From assembly GCF_009914755.1 (NCBI RefSeq), contig NC_060928.1: a stretch of 64,000 nucleotides of DNA; one strand, 5' to 3'. Each line of letters opens with the position of its first letter. Position 1 is the stretch's first letter. The translations under genes were made by a program, and so were the position numbers. Below are positions 1 through 53,563 of the stretch, piece by piece. Source of the stretch: the human T2T-CHM13v2.0 reference genome, Homo sapiens. The notes beneath the pieces are model-generated. The model did not search any database. It saw only the letters and a program-made list of their open reading frames with translations, and was not told where the DNA came from.

Positions 1-364
1 GGCAGTCCGTAAGCGCTGTCCCTGCTGCGTTCAAATGAATTAAATCTTTGCCTTATGGGTGATGCAGGTAAAAGAGCTCCGACTCAGCATCAAAACACAG
101 AGTTCTTCTGGTCTGGCTCTGACGAGGAGCCTTAGTTTCCTCAGCGTCTTAACTGTCTTAAGGATTGTCTTTGTGGGCCTTACAAGATTGCGGGGAGAAT
201 CAAACATTCTAATAAATGAAGGAGGGCCACGAGAACGGAACCTTCCGCTTGAGTCACCATTTAAACAAGTGTTTGTGGAATGAGAATTATCTTGCCCGCT
301 TCAGGTGCTCAGGATGCAGACAGACGTGAAACTGGCGGGTCCTTTAGGAGACTGTCCCGACTGC

Positions 365-511
365 GTGTCCTGAGGTGACTCGCCCCAGGGCGCACGGCAG
401 CCGGCAGCCAAGCTCAAGCTTTCAGGCTCTCATTTCAAAGTGTCCCGAGGTGATTCGCCCCAGGGCGCACGGCACCCGGCAGCCAAGCCCAAGCTTTCAG
501 GTTCTCATTTC
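365..511. repeat. Two-copy 72-bp tandem duplication (period 75) in COQ2 intron 1
   Basis: 365-436 vs 440-511, 5 mismatches by manual alignment. Confidence 0.95.
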
Positions 512-569
512 CATCACGCCCCGGCCGGCCGCCGCGGACAGCTCCGCGGAGCCGACTCGGCGGCTGCTA

Positions 570-1019
<450 letters not shown>

Positions 1020-1079
1020 TTACTCTAGGGAGGAATACTTAATGAAAAAGGGATTTCTATTGGCAAAAGGCAAAAAAAT

Positions 1080-1628
1080 TACAATAAATTTAGTTGTAAT
1101 TTTTTACAACTCGATCTTGATTGACTTTGTGGTTCCATTATCGGGCAACACTCAGAACGGGGTCTCTGAGGAAACAAACAAAAAATAGAATCGGGCAACA
1201 CCTTATTCTGTAAAATAGAATAAGTGTTCCAAAGAGTCGAGCGGAGGAAGTTGGCTTTATAGACAGAAAAAGGGCTGAAGAAAGCAGAAGCAGAGAACAA
1301 AAAGCGGATTGGTCACTTCAAATTACTTTCATTGCGAGGCGGGGACAGGGAAACAACAACAGAGAAATAACGGATTGGTTAACATTAGGTTACACCAGGT
1401 TAAGGACTAAAACAGGAAACTTAATTGTCATGACGATTGCATTTTGAAATGGCCTGGTTGGAAAATTGGCTGTTGTCTCTCTTTCCTGACTTCTCAGAAT
1501 GTCAGATACAACTTAGTTTTAGTTTGGTGACTTGGAACTTTAGCATGGGTGACTCTTGATTCTTAGTCTGATCTGTTGGGACCTAGTGCAGGAACTTAGT
1601 TCAAAACAATGGCCCCCTATAATTTAAC
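1080..1628 (-). mobile_element. ERV1-class solo LTR, MER31/MER67-like, upstream of and co-oriented with COQ2 (left boundary approximate)
   Basis: Reverse complement begins ...GGCCATTGTTTTGAACTAAGTTCCTGCACTAGGTCCCAACAGATCAGAC, resembling the MER31/MER67 5' end. Confidence 0.6.
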
Positions 1629-1935
1629 CCTATTATCAGCTTTCTCCATAAAATGAAAAGGATAGTGTTTATTCATATGGAACAGTTGTACCAGGAAAAA
1701 AAAAAAAAAGCTTTGAAAAACCTACTGAATCCAAAAGAAGAATTTGCGTACACGTTTAGCCATAAAAAAAAAAAAGGGCACCAAGTGGCCACATACAAGA
1801 CTGTAAATTAAAATCGCATTCAGGGTTAAGGGATGTTCATTACACAAGTGAAAATTTTAAATTTGACAGCCCTTCAAAGGAGTTTTTGTAATCAGTAGAC
1901 AACCAGCATGTGTGATGCTAAGAACCTGAAGCTGA

Positions 1936-2097
<162 letters not shown>

Positions 2098-2978
2098 TAA
2101 TTTTTCATAGAGAGGAGGTCTCACTATATTGCCCAGGTTGGTCTTGAACAGCTGGGCTAAAGAGATCCTCCTGCCTCAGATGGTCAGTACTCTTATTCAT
2201 AAGCAACTCTGTATATCGCTGTGTGCCAGGCACTTTACATGTATCAACTCATTTAACCTCTCACTGAGTAACCCTAGGCAAGTCACTCATCTGGATTTTA
2301 ATATTCTAGGAAGTTGACTTAGTCTTTAGGCTCCTTTCTGTAAAACATGTACAATGATTCTGTGACTTCTTGCATGGCTCAAGTACAGCAAGTTGGATGC
2401 CTGGCCACTTTGGTGCAATGAGGCAGGGGGTACCTAGCCTTTCTCCTGCCTGCAAAGAATAAAGGCCAGCAGGCAATTTAGTAACACTCCTAGTTGTTAG
2501 ATTGGAGATGATTTAGATCTGACTCAAACCTGAAAAGGGTGTAATATCAGTCATGTATTGCATCCATGACTTTCCAATATAGGTCCAAACTCTTTGTTTA
2601 AAAAAATATATTAAGAATTTCAAGATGGCAACAGCAGGACATTAAACCAAGTACAAGGTCCTTCTTAGCGTAGGCCCTGGGTGACTGCACATGTACCCAT
2701 GATGCTGACCCTGCCCAGAGGTGATTCAATCCTAAGATATTTGGTCCAATTAAAGTGCACAGGAAACTGAGATGGGTACCCACATGTCACTCTGCTAATT
2801 TGTAGGACAAGAGAACAGTCACATAGAGTAGAGCCCTAACTTTCAGGAGTCTCCTCTAGACTAATGCCAAGGCACAGTATGCCCTTGGGAAAGCCATTTA
2901 ACTGCTGCAAACTCTTCAGAAAAGGAAGGGACTAGGCTTTCTCTAAAAGGGCCTGTAAGGCTCCGATTCCTCATTTTG

Positions 2979-3064
2979 TTTTTTGTTTTTTTTGAAGTGA
3001 CTTTCTTTTTTTTTTAAATTTTATTATTATTATACTTTAAGTTTTAGGGTACATGTACACAACG
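2979..3064 (-). mobile_element. Severely 5'-truncated young L1PA 3' end with target-site duplication
   Basis: TTATTATTATACTTTAAGTTTTAGGGTACATGT L1PA terminus; flanked by CCRATTCCTCATTTTG at 2963-2978 and 3065-3080. Confidence 0.85.
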
Positions 3065-3599
3065 CCAATTCCTCATTTTGGATTGGGCAGGAACTCATTT
3101 TGTTTTAAACCTATTACCCACAGGAACTGAAATGGTTAATTTTACATGTCAATTTGGCTAGGCCATAGTGCCAAAACATTTGGTCAAAAATTATTCTGGC
3201 CAGGCACTGTGGCTCACACCTGTGATCCCAACACTTGAGAGACCCAGGTGAGAGAATTGCTTGAGCCCAGGAACTCAGGACCAGTCTAGGCAACATAGTG
3301 AGACCTCATCTCTACTAAAAATTCAAAAATTAGCTGAGAATAATGGCATATACCTGTGGTCTCAGCTACTTGGGAGGCTGAAGTGGGAGGATTGCTTGAG
3401 CCCCCGAGGTTGAGGCTTTGTGAGCCATGGTCATGCCACTGCACTCCAGCCTGGGTGACAGAGTGAGACCCTGTCTCAAAAAAACAAACAATAAACCTCT
3501 CATCTTTTTTATGGTGGCCAGAAGAATGAATTACAATGACTGACAAGGCTTTGGAAACAAGACAACCCCTCCCCACATCACAAGGACTGAAAAAGGTAA

Positions 3600-4190
3600 T
3601 CAAATAGATTTTGCAGTATGTTCGAAGGTGGTAAGTGGTATGGAGAAAAGAAGAGTAACAGGGAAAAGTAGGGACAGGCTGTATGTATACTTAAATATGG
3701 TAATTGGGGTGGTAGGACAGCCCTGATCTCACTTTCTCAAAGACTTGAAGGAGATAAGGGAGTAGCTATGAGAGATCTGAGGGAAGAATATCACTAGATA
3801 CTCTTAGAGGGATGTCTAGTGCAAGGGCCCTAAGATGGGAGCAAGCTTGAAGTGTTTTCTTAATAAGAGCAAGGAGGCCAGTGTGGATAGAGTAGAGTGA
3901 GCAAAAGGGAGAGAGATCAGGGATGAGAGCAGAGAGGACTAGGGACCAGGTTGTGTGGGGTCTTACATACCGTGGTAAGGACTTTGGCTTTTCTCTAAGT
4001 GAAATAAGAGGGAGCCATTGGAGGATTGTGAACAGAACAGAGACATGACCTGACTTCTATTTTATTTTATTTTCCTCTCATAGTTCTTGTCTCATACTGA
4101 CTTATATTTTAAATAATTACTCTCAATACTGGGTTGAGAGTAAACTGTAGGCAAGCAGTGAGATAAGTAGGGATATTAGTTAAGAGGCTT
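3600..4190 (-). mobile_element. L2 fragment between two plus-strand AluJ-like elements (~3198-3490 and ~4195-4475)
   Basis: L2-like motifs GCAAGGAGGCCAGTGTGG, GTAAGGACTTTGGCTTTT, GGGAGCCATTGGAGG. Confidence 0.7.
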
Positions 4191-4516
4191 ATGAAGCTCA
4201 GGTTGGTAGCTTACACTTGTCATCTCAACATTTTGGGAAGCTGAGGCAGGATTGCTTGAGCCCAGGAGTTCAAGACCAGTCTGTGCAACAAAGTGAGACC
4301 TCATCGCTACAAAAATCTTTAAAAAAATTAGCTGGGCTTGGTGGTGCACTCCTTTAGTCCCAGCTGCTCAGGAGGCTGAGGTAGGAGGATCACTTGAGCC
4401 CGAGCGGTCAAGGTTGCAGTGCACACCACTGCATTCTGGCCTAGGTGACAGAGCAAGACCCTGTCTCAAAAAAACTAGACAAGTAAACCATTATTCTGGT
4501 TGTTTCTATGAAGGTG

Positions 4517-6835
4517 TGATATGGTTTGGCTGTGTCCCCATCCAAATCTCATTTTGAATTGTAGCCTCCATAAATTCCCATCTGTCATGGGAGGGACCCA
4601 GTGGGAGGTAATTGAATCATGGGGACAGGTCTTTCCCATGCTGTTCTTAAGATAGTGAACAAGTCTCACAAGATCTGATGGTTTTATAAAGGGGAGTTCC
4701 CCTACACAAGTTCTCTTGCCTGCTGCCATGTTAAGATGTGCCTTTGCTCCTCCTTCAACTTCATGATTGTGATGCCTCCCCAGCCATGTGGAACTGTAAG
4801 TCACTTAAATCTCTTTCCTTTATAAGTTACTCAGTCTCAGGTATGTCTTTATTAGCAGCATCAGAACAGACTAATACAGTAAATTGGTACTGGTATAGTG
4901 GGGTGCTGATGTAAAGATACCCGAAAATGTGAAAGCAACTTTGGAACTGGATAACAGACAGTTTGGAGGGCTCAGAAGGCAGGAAGATGTGGGAAAGTTT
5001 GGAACTTCCTAGAGATTTGTTGAATGGCTTTGACCAAAATGCTGACAGTGATATGGACAGTAAAGTCCAGGCTGAGGTAGTCTCAGATGGAGATGAGGAA
5101 CTTGGGAACTAGAGCAAAGGTGACTCTTGCTATATTTTAGCAAAAAGACTGGTGGCATTTTGCCTCTGCCCTAGAGATTTGTGAAACTTTGAACTTGAAA
5201 GAGATGATTTAGGGCATCTGGCAGAAGAAATTTGTAAGCAACAAAGCATTCCAGAGGTAACTTGGGTACTGTTAAAAGCATTTAGTTTTATGTATTCACA
5301 AAGATATGGTTTGGAATTGGAACTTGTGTTCAAAAGGGAAGCACAACATAAAAGTTCAGAAAATTTGCAGCCTGATGATACGATAGAAAGGAAAAACCCA
5401 TTTTCTGAGGAGAAATTCAAGGGGGCTGCAGAAATTTGCATAAGTAATGAGGAGCCAAATGTGAATCACCAAGACAATGGGGAAAATGTCTCAGGGCATG
5501 TCAGAGGTCTTCATGGCAGCCCCTCCCATCACAAGCCAGGAGGCCTAGGAAGGAAAAATGGTTTTGTGGGCCAGGCCCAGGGCCTTGCTGCTTTGTGCAG
5601 TCTTGGGACTTGGTGTCCTGCATCCCAGCTGTGGCAAAAAGAGGCCAACGTACAGCTCAACCCATTGCATCAGAGGGTGCGAGCCCCAAACCTTGGTGGC
5701 TTACATGTGTTGTTGTGCCTGAGGGTGCACAGAAGTCAAGAAGTGATGTTTGGGGACCTCTGCCTAGATTTCAGAGGTTGTATGGAAATGCCTGGATGTC
5801 CAGGCAAAGGTCTGCTACAGGGGCAGAGCCCTCATAAGAGAACTTCTGCTAGGGCAATGCAGAAGGGAAATGTGTGGTGTGGACCCCCACACAGAGTCCC
5901 CACTGGGGCACTGCATAGTGGAGCTGTGAGAAGAGAGCCACCATCCTTCAGACCCCAGAATGGTAGATACACTGACAGCTTGCATTGCACACCTGGAAAA
6001 GCTTTAGTCAGTTAATGCCAGCTCATGAAAGCAGTCAGGAGAGGGGCTGCACCCTGCAAAGCCACAGGCTGGGGCTGCCCAAGACCATGGGAACCCACCT
6101 TTTGCATCAGTGTGACCTGGATGTAAGACATGGAGTCAAAGGAGATCATTTTGGAGCTTTAAGATTTGGCTGCCCTGCTGGATTTCAGATTTGTATGGGA
6201 CCTGTAGCCCCTTCGTTTTGGCCAATTTCTTTCATTTGGAACAGGTGTGTTTATCCAATGCCTGTACCTCCATTGTATCTAGGAAGTAACTAATTTGCTT
6301 TTGATTTTATAGGCTCATAGGGGGAAGGGACTTACCTTGTCTCAGATGAGACTTTGGACTGTGGACTTTTGAGTTAATGCTGAAATGAGTTAACACTTTG
6401 GAGGACTGTGGGAAGGTATGATTGATTTTGAAATGTGAGGACATGAGATTTGGGAGGGGCCAAGGGCGGAATGATACTGTTTTTCTGTGTCCCCACCCAA
6501 ATCTCATCTTGAACTGTAGCTCCCATAATTCCCACGTGTTGTGGGAGGGACCCAGTGGGAGGTAATTGAATAATGGGGGTGGGTCTTTCCTGTGTTGTTC
6601 TCATGATAGTGAATACGTCTCATGAGAACTGATGGTTTTATAAAGGGGAGTTCCCCAGCACAAGCTCTCTTGCCTGCCACCATGTAAGATGTGCCTTTGC
6701 TCCTCCTTCAACTTCTGCCATGATTGTGAGGCCTCTCAAGCCATGTGGAATTGTAAGTTAATTAAAGCTCTTTCCTTTATAAATTACCCAGTCTGAAGTA
6801 TGTCTTTATTAGCTGCATGAGGGCAGACTAATACA
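4517..6835 (+). mobile_element. Full-length THE1B-like MaLR: LTR 4517-4878, internal 4879-6471, LTR 6472-6835
   Basis: Both LTRs run TGATA...CTAATACA; 5-bp TSD AGGTG/GGGTG. Confidence 0.92.
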
Positions 6836-7184
6836 GGGTGTTTTAGGATGAAATTAACATTTAAATTGGCGGATTTTGAGTAAAGCAGATTGCCCTCCAT
6901 AATGTGGGTGGGCTTCATCCAATCTGCTGAAGGCCTGAATAGAACAAAAGACTGACCTACCTCAGGCAAGAAGGAATTCTCCCAGCAAATGGCCTTTGGA
7001 CTTGGACTTCAACTGCAACATCGGTCCTTTCCTGGGTCTCCAGCCTGCCAGCTAGCCTACCCTGCAGATTTTGGATTCAGCAGCCTCCATAATTGCTTGA
7101 ACTAATTCCTTAAAATAAATCAGCTGGGCGCAGTGACTCACACCTGTAATCCCAGCACTTTGGGAGGCTGAGGTGGGCGGATCA

Positions 7185-7435
<251 letters not shown>

Positions 7436-7816
7436 TTATATATATCCTATTGGTACTGTTTCTCTTCTCTAGAGAACGCTAATGCAGAAATGTTGCACCT
7501 AGTGGATGGAGAATAAATTCATTCATCCCACAAATATTTGTTTAAATGGTGCGTCAACCAGAACATTCATTCCACTTTACATGTACCCTTCATTTTAGCA
7601 GATTTACATGTTTGAAGCACTTCTACATTCATATTTTTCGTCTCTACTATGTTTCATCTGATTTTTGTGGTTGGCCCTAGAGAAGGTGTTTTAGGTTTAA
7701 ACAATATTTATTGGTCAGGTGTGGTGGCTTATGCCTGTAATCCCAATACTATGGGAGGCTGAGGCAGGCAGATCACTTGAGCCATGGAGTTCAAGACCAG
7801 CCTGAGCAACATATCA

Positions 7817-8077
<261 letters not shown>

Positions 8078-8575
8078 CTATAATTGCTTCCGGCCTTAAA
8101 ATAATTTTATGTGAAACTGGTGTTCTTTGTAGAAATTGTAATTGACAATAATGTGACTATAAAATGATAGCTGATGAGAAATAAGAGAATAATAAGAGAC
8201 AAATTTTGGGAGGCATCCCCTACAATTCTTGGTAGTGCTGGTGGAACTGAACGCTCATTGCCCACAGCAGCAAACTCAACAGCAAAAATTAATATTGGTT
8301 TTTTCTTCACTTCCCTCTCACACTCCCTGTTCTTTCATTCCTTATTCCCAAATAACCCACCTGACCCAAGTCCTTGTCTCAGACTGTGCATTGGAAAACC
8401 CCCACTTCTGATCCTGATAGTATAACAAGGGGTGAAACAACACACTAGTGGTTCTATATCCTGTTTCCAGGTATAAACAAAGCAGTGAAGGAAAACAAGG
8501 CTTCCAAATGTAGGAGTCTGTAGGCTTTACATTACTAAAAGAATAGTCATACAATATCAAGATTATAAAAATTAC

Positions 8576-8581
8576 TTTATT
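8576..8581 (-). terminator. HPSE: HPSE distal poly(A) signal AATAAA
   Basis: TTTATT on plus strand; T-rich sequence downstream on minus strand. Confidence 0.7.
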
Positions 8582-8696
8582 TCAAATGTGAAAATATAAA
8601 AACCACTTACATATAAAATTTAAGAGTATTGAAAGATCTAAAATTTAATTTTCAGCTTTAGCTCCTTACAAATATACTTAAATTGAATGAAATTGA

Positions 8697-9112
8697 ATGG
8701 AATTAACCTAAGTGTCCATCAACTGATAAGTGGATAAAGAAAATGTGGTATATATGTACCATGGACTATTACTCAGCCATAAAGAAGAATAATGTATTTT
8801 GCAGCAACTTGGACGGAACTGGGGGCTGTTATCCTAAGGGAAGTAACTCAGGAATGGAAAACCAAATACTGCATGTTCTCACTTATAAGTGGAAGCTTAG
8901 CTGTAGGTACACAAGAACATACACAGTGGTATAAGGGATGTTGGAGACTCAGAAGGGAAGAGGGCGGAAGGAGGGTAATGGATGAAAAATTACCTATTGG
9001 GTACAATGTACATCACTCAGGTGACAAGTACATTAAAAGCCGAGTCTTCACCACTACACAATTCACCCCTGTAAGCAAAAAGTGTGTACCCCTAAAGCTA
9101 TTAAAATAAAAA
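8697..9112 (+). mobile_element. L1 (L1PB-like) 3' end fragment within the HPSE 3' UTR
   Basis: AAGTGTCCATCAA..GGATAAAGAAAATGTGGTA..CATGTTCTCACTTATAAGTGG L1 3' motifs. Confidence 0.8.
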
Positions 9113-10171
9113 ATTTTAAAGATACTATATCCATAACAGGCATACATTTGAAGAATATTAATCCTTAAGAGGGGAAAATAATTACATTTTTTCACTGGTA
9201 AAAAGCGCAGAACTGCAGTGTTCAGTTTGTAGACTGACCAACACCCTCTCCATTCCAAAGGGTTACTCAGAGACAATTATAGGAACCTCGTTGTTGTTGG
9301 CAGTGACTGGTGAAATGGCCACATTACCCATTTCTGAACAATAAGACATGAGGAGACATGAGGAGAGGTTTGCTGTGAGAAGCTCTGAAAAAGAGTTATT
9401 CAAGTCTATGAAGGAGACTCAAAAAATGGCTCATTTTCTTCCTCTGGTTGCTATGAGGTTTGAAGGGGCCCATGAAACAGCTACAGCCATCATGCTACCA
9501 GAGTCTGAGAATGAAGCCAGCGCTAAAGATGGCAGAGCAGAGAGCTGGGAAGAACCCAGATCCCTGGTGACGTACTGAAGTGCTGGAGCCTGGCCTGTTT
9601 GAACGTCTAGTTATGTGGGAATATACATTTCCTTATTGCTTAAGCCATTTGAATTAGGAGTTTCTGTTACTTGCAGCCAAAAGCTTCCCAACTGAAACAA
9701 GGAAGAAAGGTAGAGAAAAAGCAAGCATTAACAGACAGTTATAAGGTATTGGGTGTTTTCTAAAATTTATCCTCTTGACAAATCAATTTCATTTATAGTA
9801 ATTTTAAGTTTACAGAATCTCCTCGCCTCTGAATTGTCATTAACCATTTTTTATACTATCATATCTAACAATCTGTCCTCTCACATATTATTGCTGACAA
9901 AGAAAACCAAAAGAAGAAAATCAGCAAAATCTAGCTGTCTTTTAAGGTGCAAATAGATAGTTTCTCTTTTACAACCAGTTTCACGGTAACGGCAGTATGC
10001 TTTTTCTGATGGGTGCCTGTAGAGATGGCACATGAAGGAAAGAATTCTAAAATCTTCTAATACATTTTGAAAGATAAATATACAGCTAAGCACCTTCTTA
10101 AAACTCATAATATATCCTTCGCTTCCTTGCTTCCTGACCATATTAGGAGCATTCATATACATTTTTAATAA

Positions 10172-10457
<286 letters not shown>

Positions 10458-10597
10458 ATTTTTAATAACTTTAAATAAAGACTGGTTGTGGTGGCTAATC
10501 GCTGTCCCCACAGGTATTATAGTCTTTCGCTGACTAGCAACACTGCACAGAGGTAACATCAAATGATCTCCTGCTGTACCATGCTGTACTCCCAAAG

Positions 10598-11190
10598 AAA
10601 TCCCAGCACCTGGAAGGCCAAGGTGGGAGGATCAATTGAGTCCAGGAGTTCAGGACCAGTTTGGGTAACATAGCGAGACCCCATCTCCACAAAAAATTTT
10701 TTAAAAATAGCCAAGTGTGATGGCATGTGTCTGTGGTCCTAGCTACTTGGGAGGCTAAGCAGGAGGATGACTTGAGCCCAGGAGTTAAAAGGCTGCAGTG
10801 ATCTATGATTGCACCACTGCACTCAAGCCTGGGCAACAGAATGATACCCTGTCTCAAAAATAAAACACTGCTGGGTGTGGTGGCTCACACCTGTAATCCC
10901 AGCACTTTGAGAGGCTGAGGCGGGTGGATCACTTGAGGACAGGAGTTCGAGGACAGGAGTTCGAGACCAGCTTGGCCAATATGGCGAAACTCCATCTCTA
11001 CAAAAAATATAGAAAGTAGCTGGGCGTGGTGGCACACGCCTATAATCCCAGCTACTCAGGAAGCTGAGGCAGGAGAATTGCTTAAAGTTGCAGTGAGCCA
11101 AGATCGCACCATGGCACTCCAGCCTGGGTGACAGAGAGAGATTCTGTCTCAAAATAAATAAATAAATAAATAATAAAACAAAACAAAACT
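10598..11190 (+). mobile_element. Two tandem Alus (~10598-10866, ~10870-11190), antisense in HPSE mRNA
   Basis: Alu dimers with A-rich tails; second tail is (TAAA)n. Confidence 0.9.
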
Positions 11191-11432
11191 TTAGATAAAA
11201 GTAAAACATGCAAAATGCTAAGCAGTATTTGGAACAAGGTATTATTAGCTATTATTATTAGCAGTGTTCTACCTAGCGAGATCAAAATACTGTGCTAAAT
11301 CTAGCACTGAGAATGTCCCAGTGTCTCTCAAGCACCCACTAGTTGCTTTGCAAGGTATCTGCTTCCTTTCCTATAACTTGAGTTGCTTTACTCTTAGTAT
11401 ACTTGAAAAATTCAGTGTCAGGACTAGTATAT

Positions 11433-11438
11433 TTTATT
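11433..11438 (-). terminator. HPSE: HPSE proximal poly(A) signal AATAAA immediately after the stop codon
   Basis: Minus strand reads TGA A AATAAA ATATACTAGTCC. Confidence 0.75.
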
Positions 11439-11439
11439 T

Positions 11440-51365
<39,926 letters not shown>

Positions 51366-51915
51366 TAAAACCTCCAATGGAGTATTCATCCCTTCCTCTC
51401 CCATCTAGCTTATAAACACTTGCTTGTCACTTGAGCCAGCCAAAATCTGATTGTCCTCTGGCCAGGCAGTTTCTCAGGTATTTTACTTTTGCTTGAAAAA
51501 ATCTGGCCTCAGCATACGCTAAACTGCAGCTGGAAAGAGATCAACCACCCAAAATTCTTTATCAACTTCTCATTAAGACAATATTTAGCAATCTTAAAGG
51601 GTTAGTTGCTCCAATGTCTGGAACTCAGGACCTGAAGCCCCCATACAAAGTGTAGAGTACGGACTGCCCCTGAATTTGGAGCCTTTGCCAAATTTCTCCT
51701 CTGCGCATTTATCTTTCGCTGTTGGTCAGACTTTTCTTCAGCTTTTCCTTGATGCTTACACTGATGTATAATCATAGCAAGCATCGCACGCTTAGTGCCT
51801 ACTGTATGCCTGATACAGGTGCTTTACTTGTGTTCTCTTCCCTTCTCACAACCCTGCCAAGTGCATACTGTCCTTGTTTTACACATGCGGACCCAAGCTC
51901 TGAGACAGTAACTGG

Positions 51916-51962
51916 GTGAAGTGTCAGAATCGGGATGTGAAGTGTCAGAATCGGGATGTGAA
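51916..51962. repeat. Perfect 21-bp tandem duplication GTGAAGTGTCAGAATCGGGAT x2
   Basis: Read directly. Confidence 0.95.
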
Positions 51963-52061
51963 TGCAGTTACAAAACCTCGAGCAGATGGCAGTGTGTTTC
52001 AGCTGAAATGTAACTTCCCTCAAGGAAGCTTTCTCTCAATCTCCAGGCAGCTCTCCATGAC

Positions 52062-52148
52062 ACACTCTCATAGCATCCTCAATTTGTTAGACACTCTCGT
52101 AGCATCCTCAATTTGTTAGACACTCTCGTAGCATCCTCAATTTGTTAG
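52062..52148. repeat. 29-bp minisatellite x3 (ACACTCTCRTAGCATCCTCAATTTGTTAG)
   Basis: Copies 2 and 3 identical; copy 1 has one CpG transition. Confidence 0.95.
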
Positions 52149-52507
52149 TATTGTGATGTTGCTCAACATTGGCTTCATCTACTAGATTATATGCTCCACC
52201 AAAACAGAGATTAAGTTTGTCTCACACGCTATGCTAGCCATAGCTCAGGCATGTGATCATGTTGGTGCTTAGTAAGAGTCTAATAAATATTGGTTGAGTA
52301 AGCAAATAACACCAAAACCCTTAGATTTTTCCACTTGAGATTGTACCACCAATAAGGCAACAAATAAAAATAGATTATTTTGAAATGCATATCTAATTTG
52401 CATAAATCAGGCCAGGCATGGTATGTGATGCCAGTGATGCCATCATGCCTGTGATGCCAGCATTTTGGGAGGCCAAGGTGGGAGGATTGCTTGAGCCGAG
52501 GAATTCA

Positions 52508-53243
<736 letters not shown>

Positions 53244-53392
53244 TGATCTGCCCGTCTCAGCCTCACAAAATGCTAGGATTGCAGGCATGAGCCACTGTGC
53301 CATGCCCAGTCATACCAATTTCTTTAACATGTTTGGGTGATTTGAAAAGTGGACCATTGCAAGTTTTCTAAATAGTGCATCCTTGTGGTCTA

Positions 53393-53563
<171 letters not shown>

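Noticed and set aside
5290-6015. 241-aa ORF, and similar ORFs at 62411-63460
   Set aside because: Lie within THE1 internal regions; decayed MaLR sequence with overlapping broken frames, no evidence of a host gene
10935-10965. 14-bp duplication over the Alu B-box region
   Set aside because: Ordinary slippage within an Alu; no support for function
52062-52148. 29-bp repeats resembling CRISPR repeat length
   Set aside because: No spacers, head-to-tail tandem, human DNA; kept only as a minisatellite
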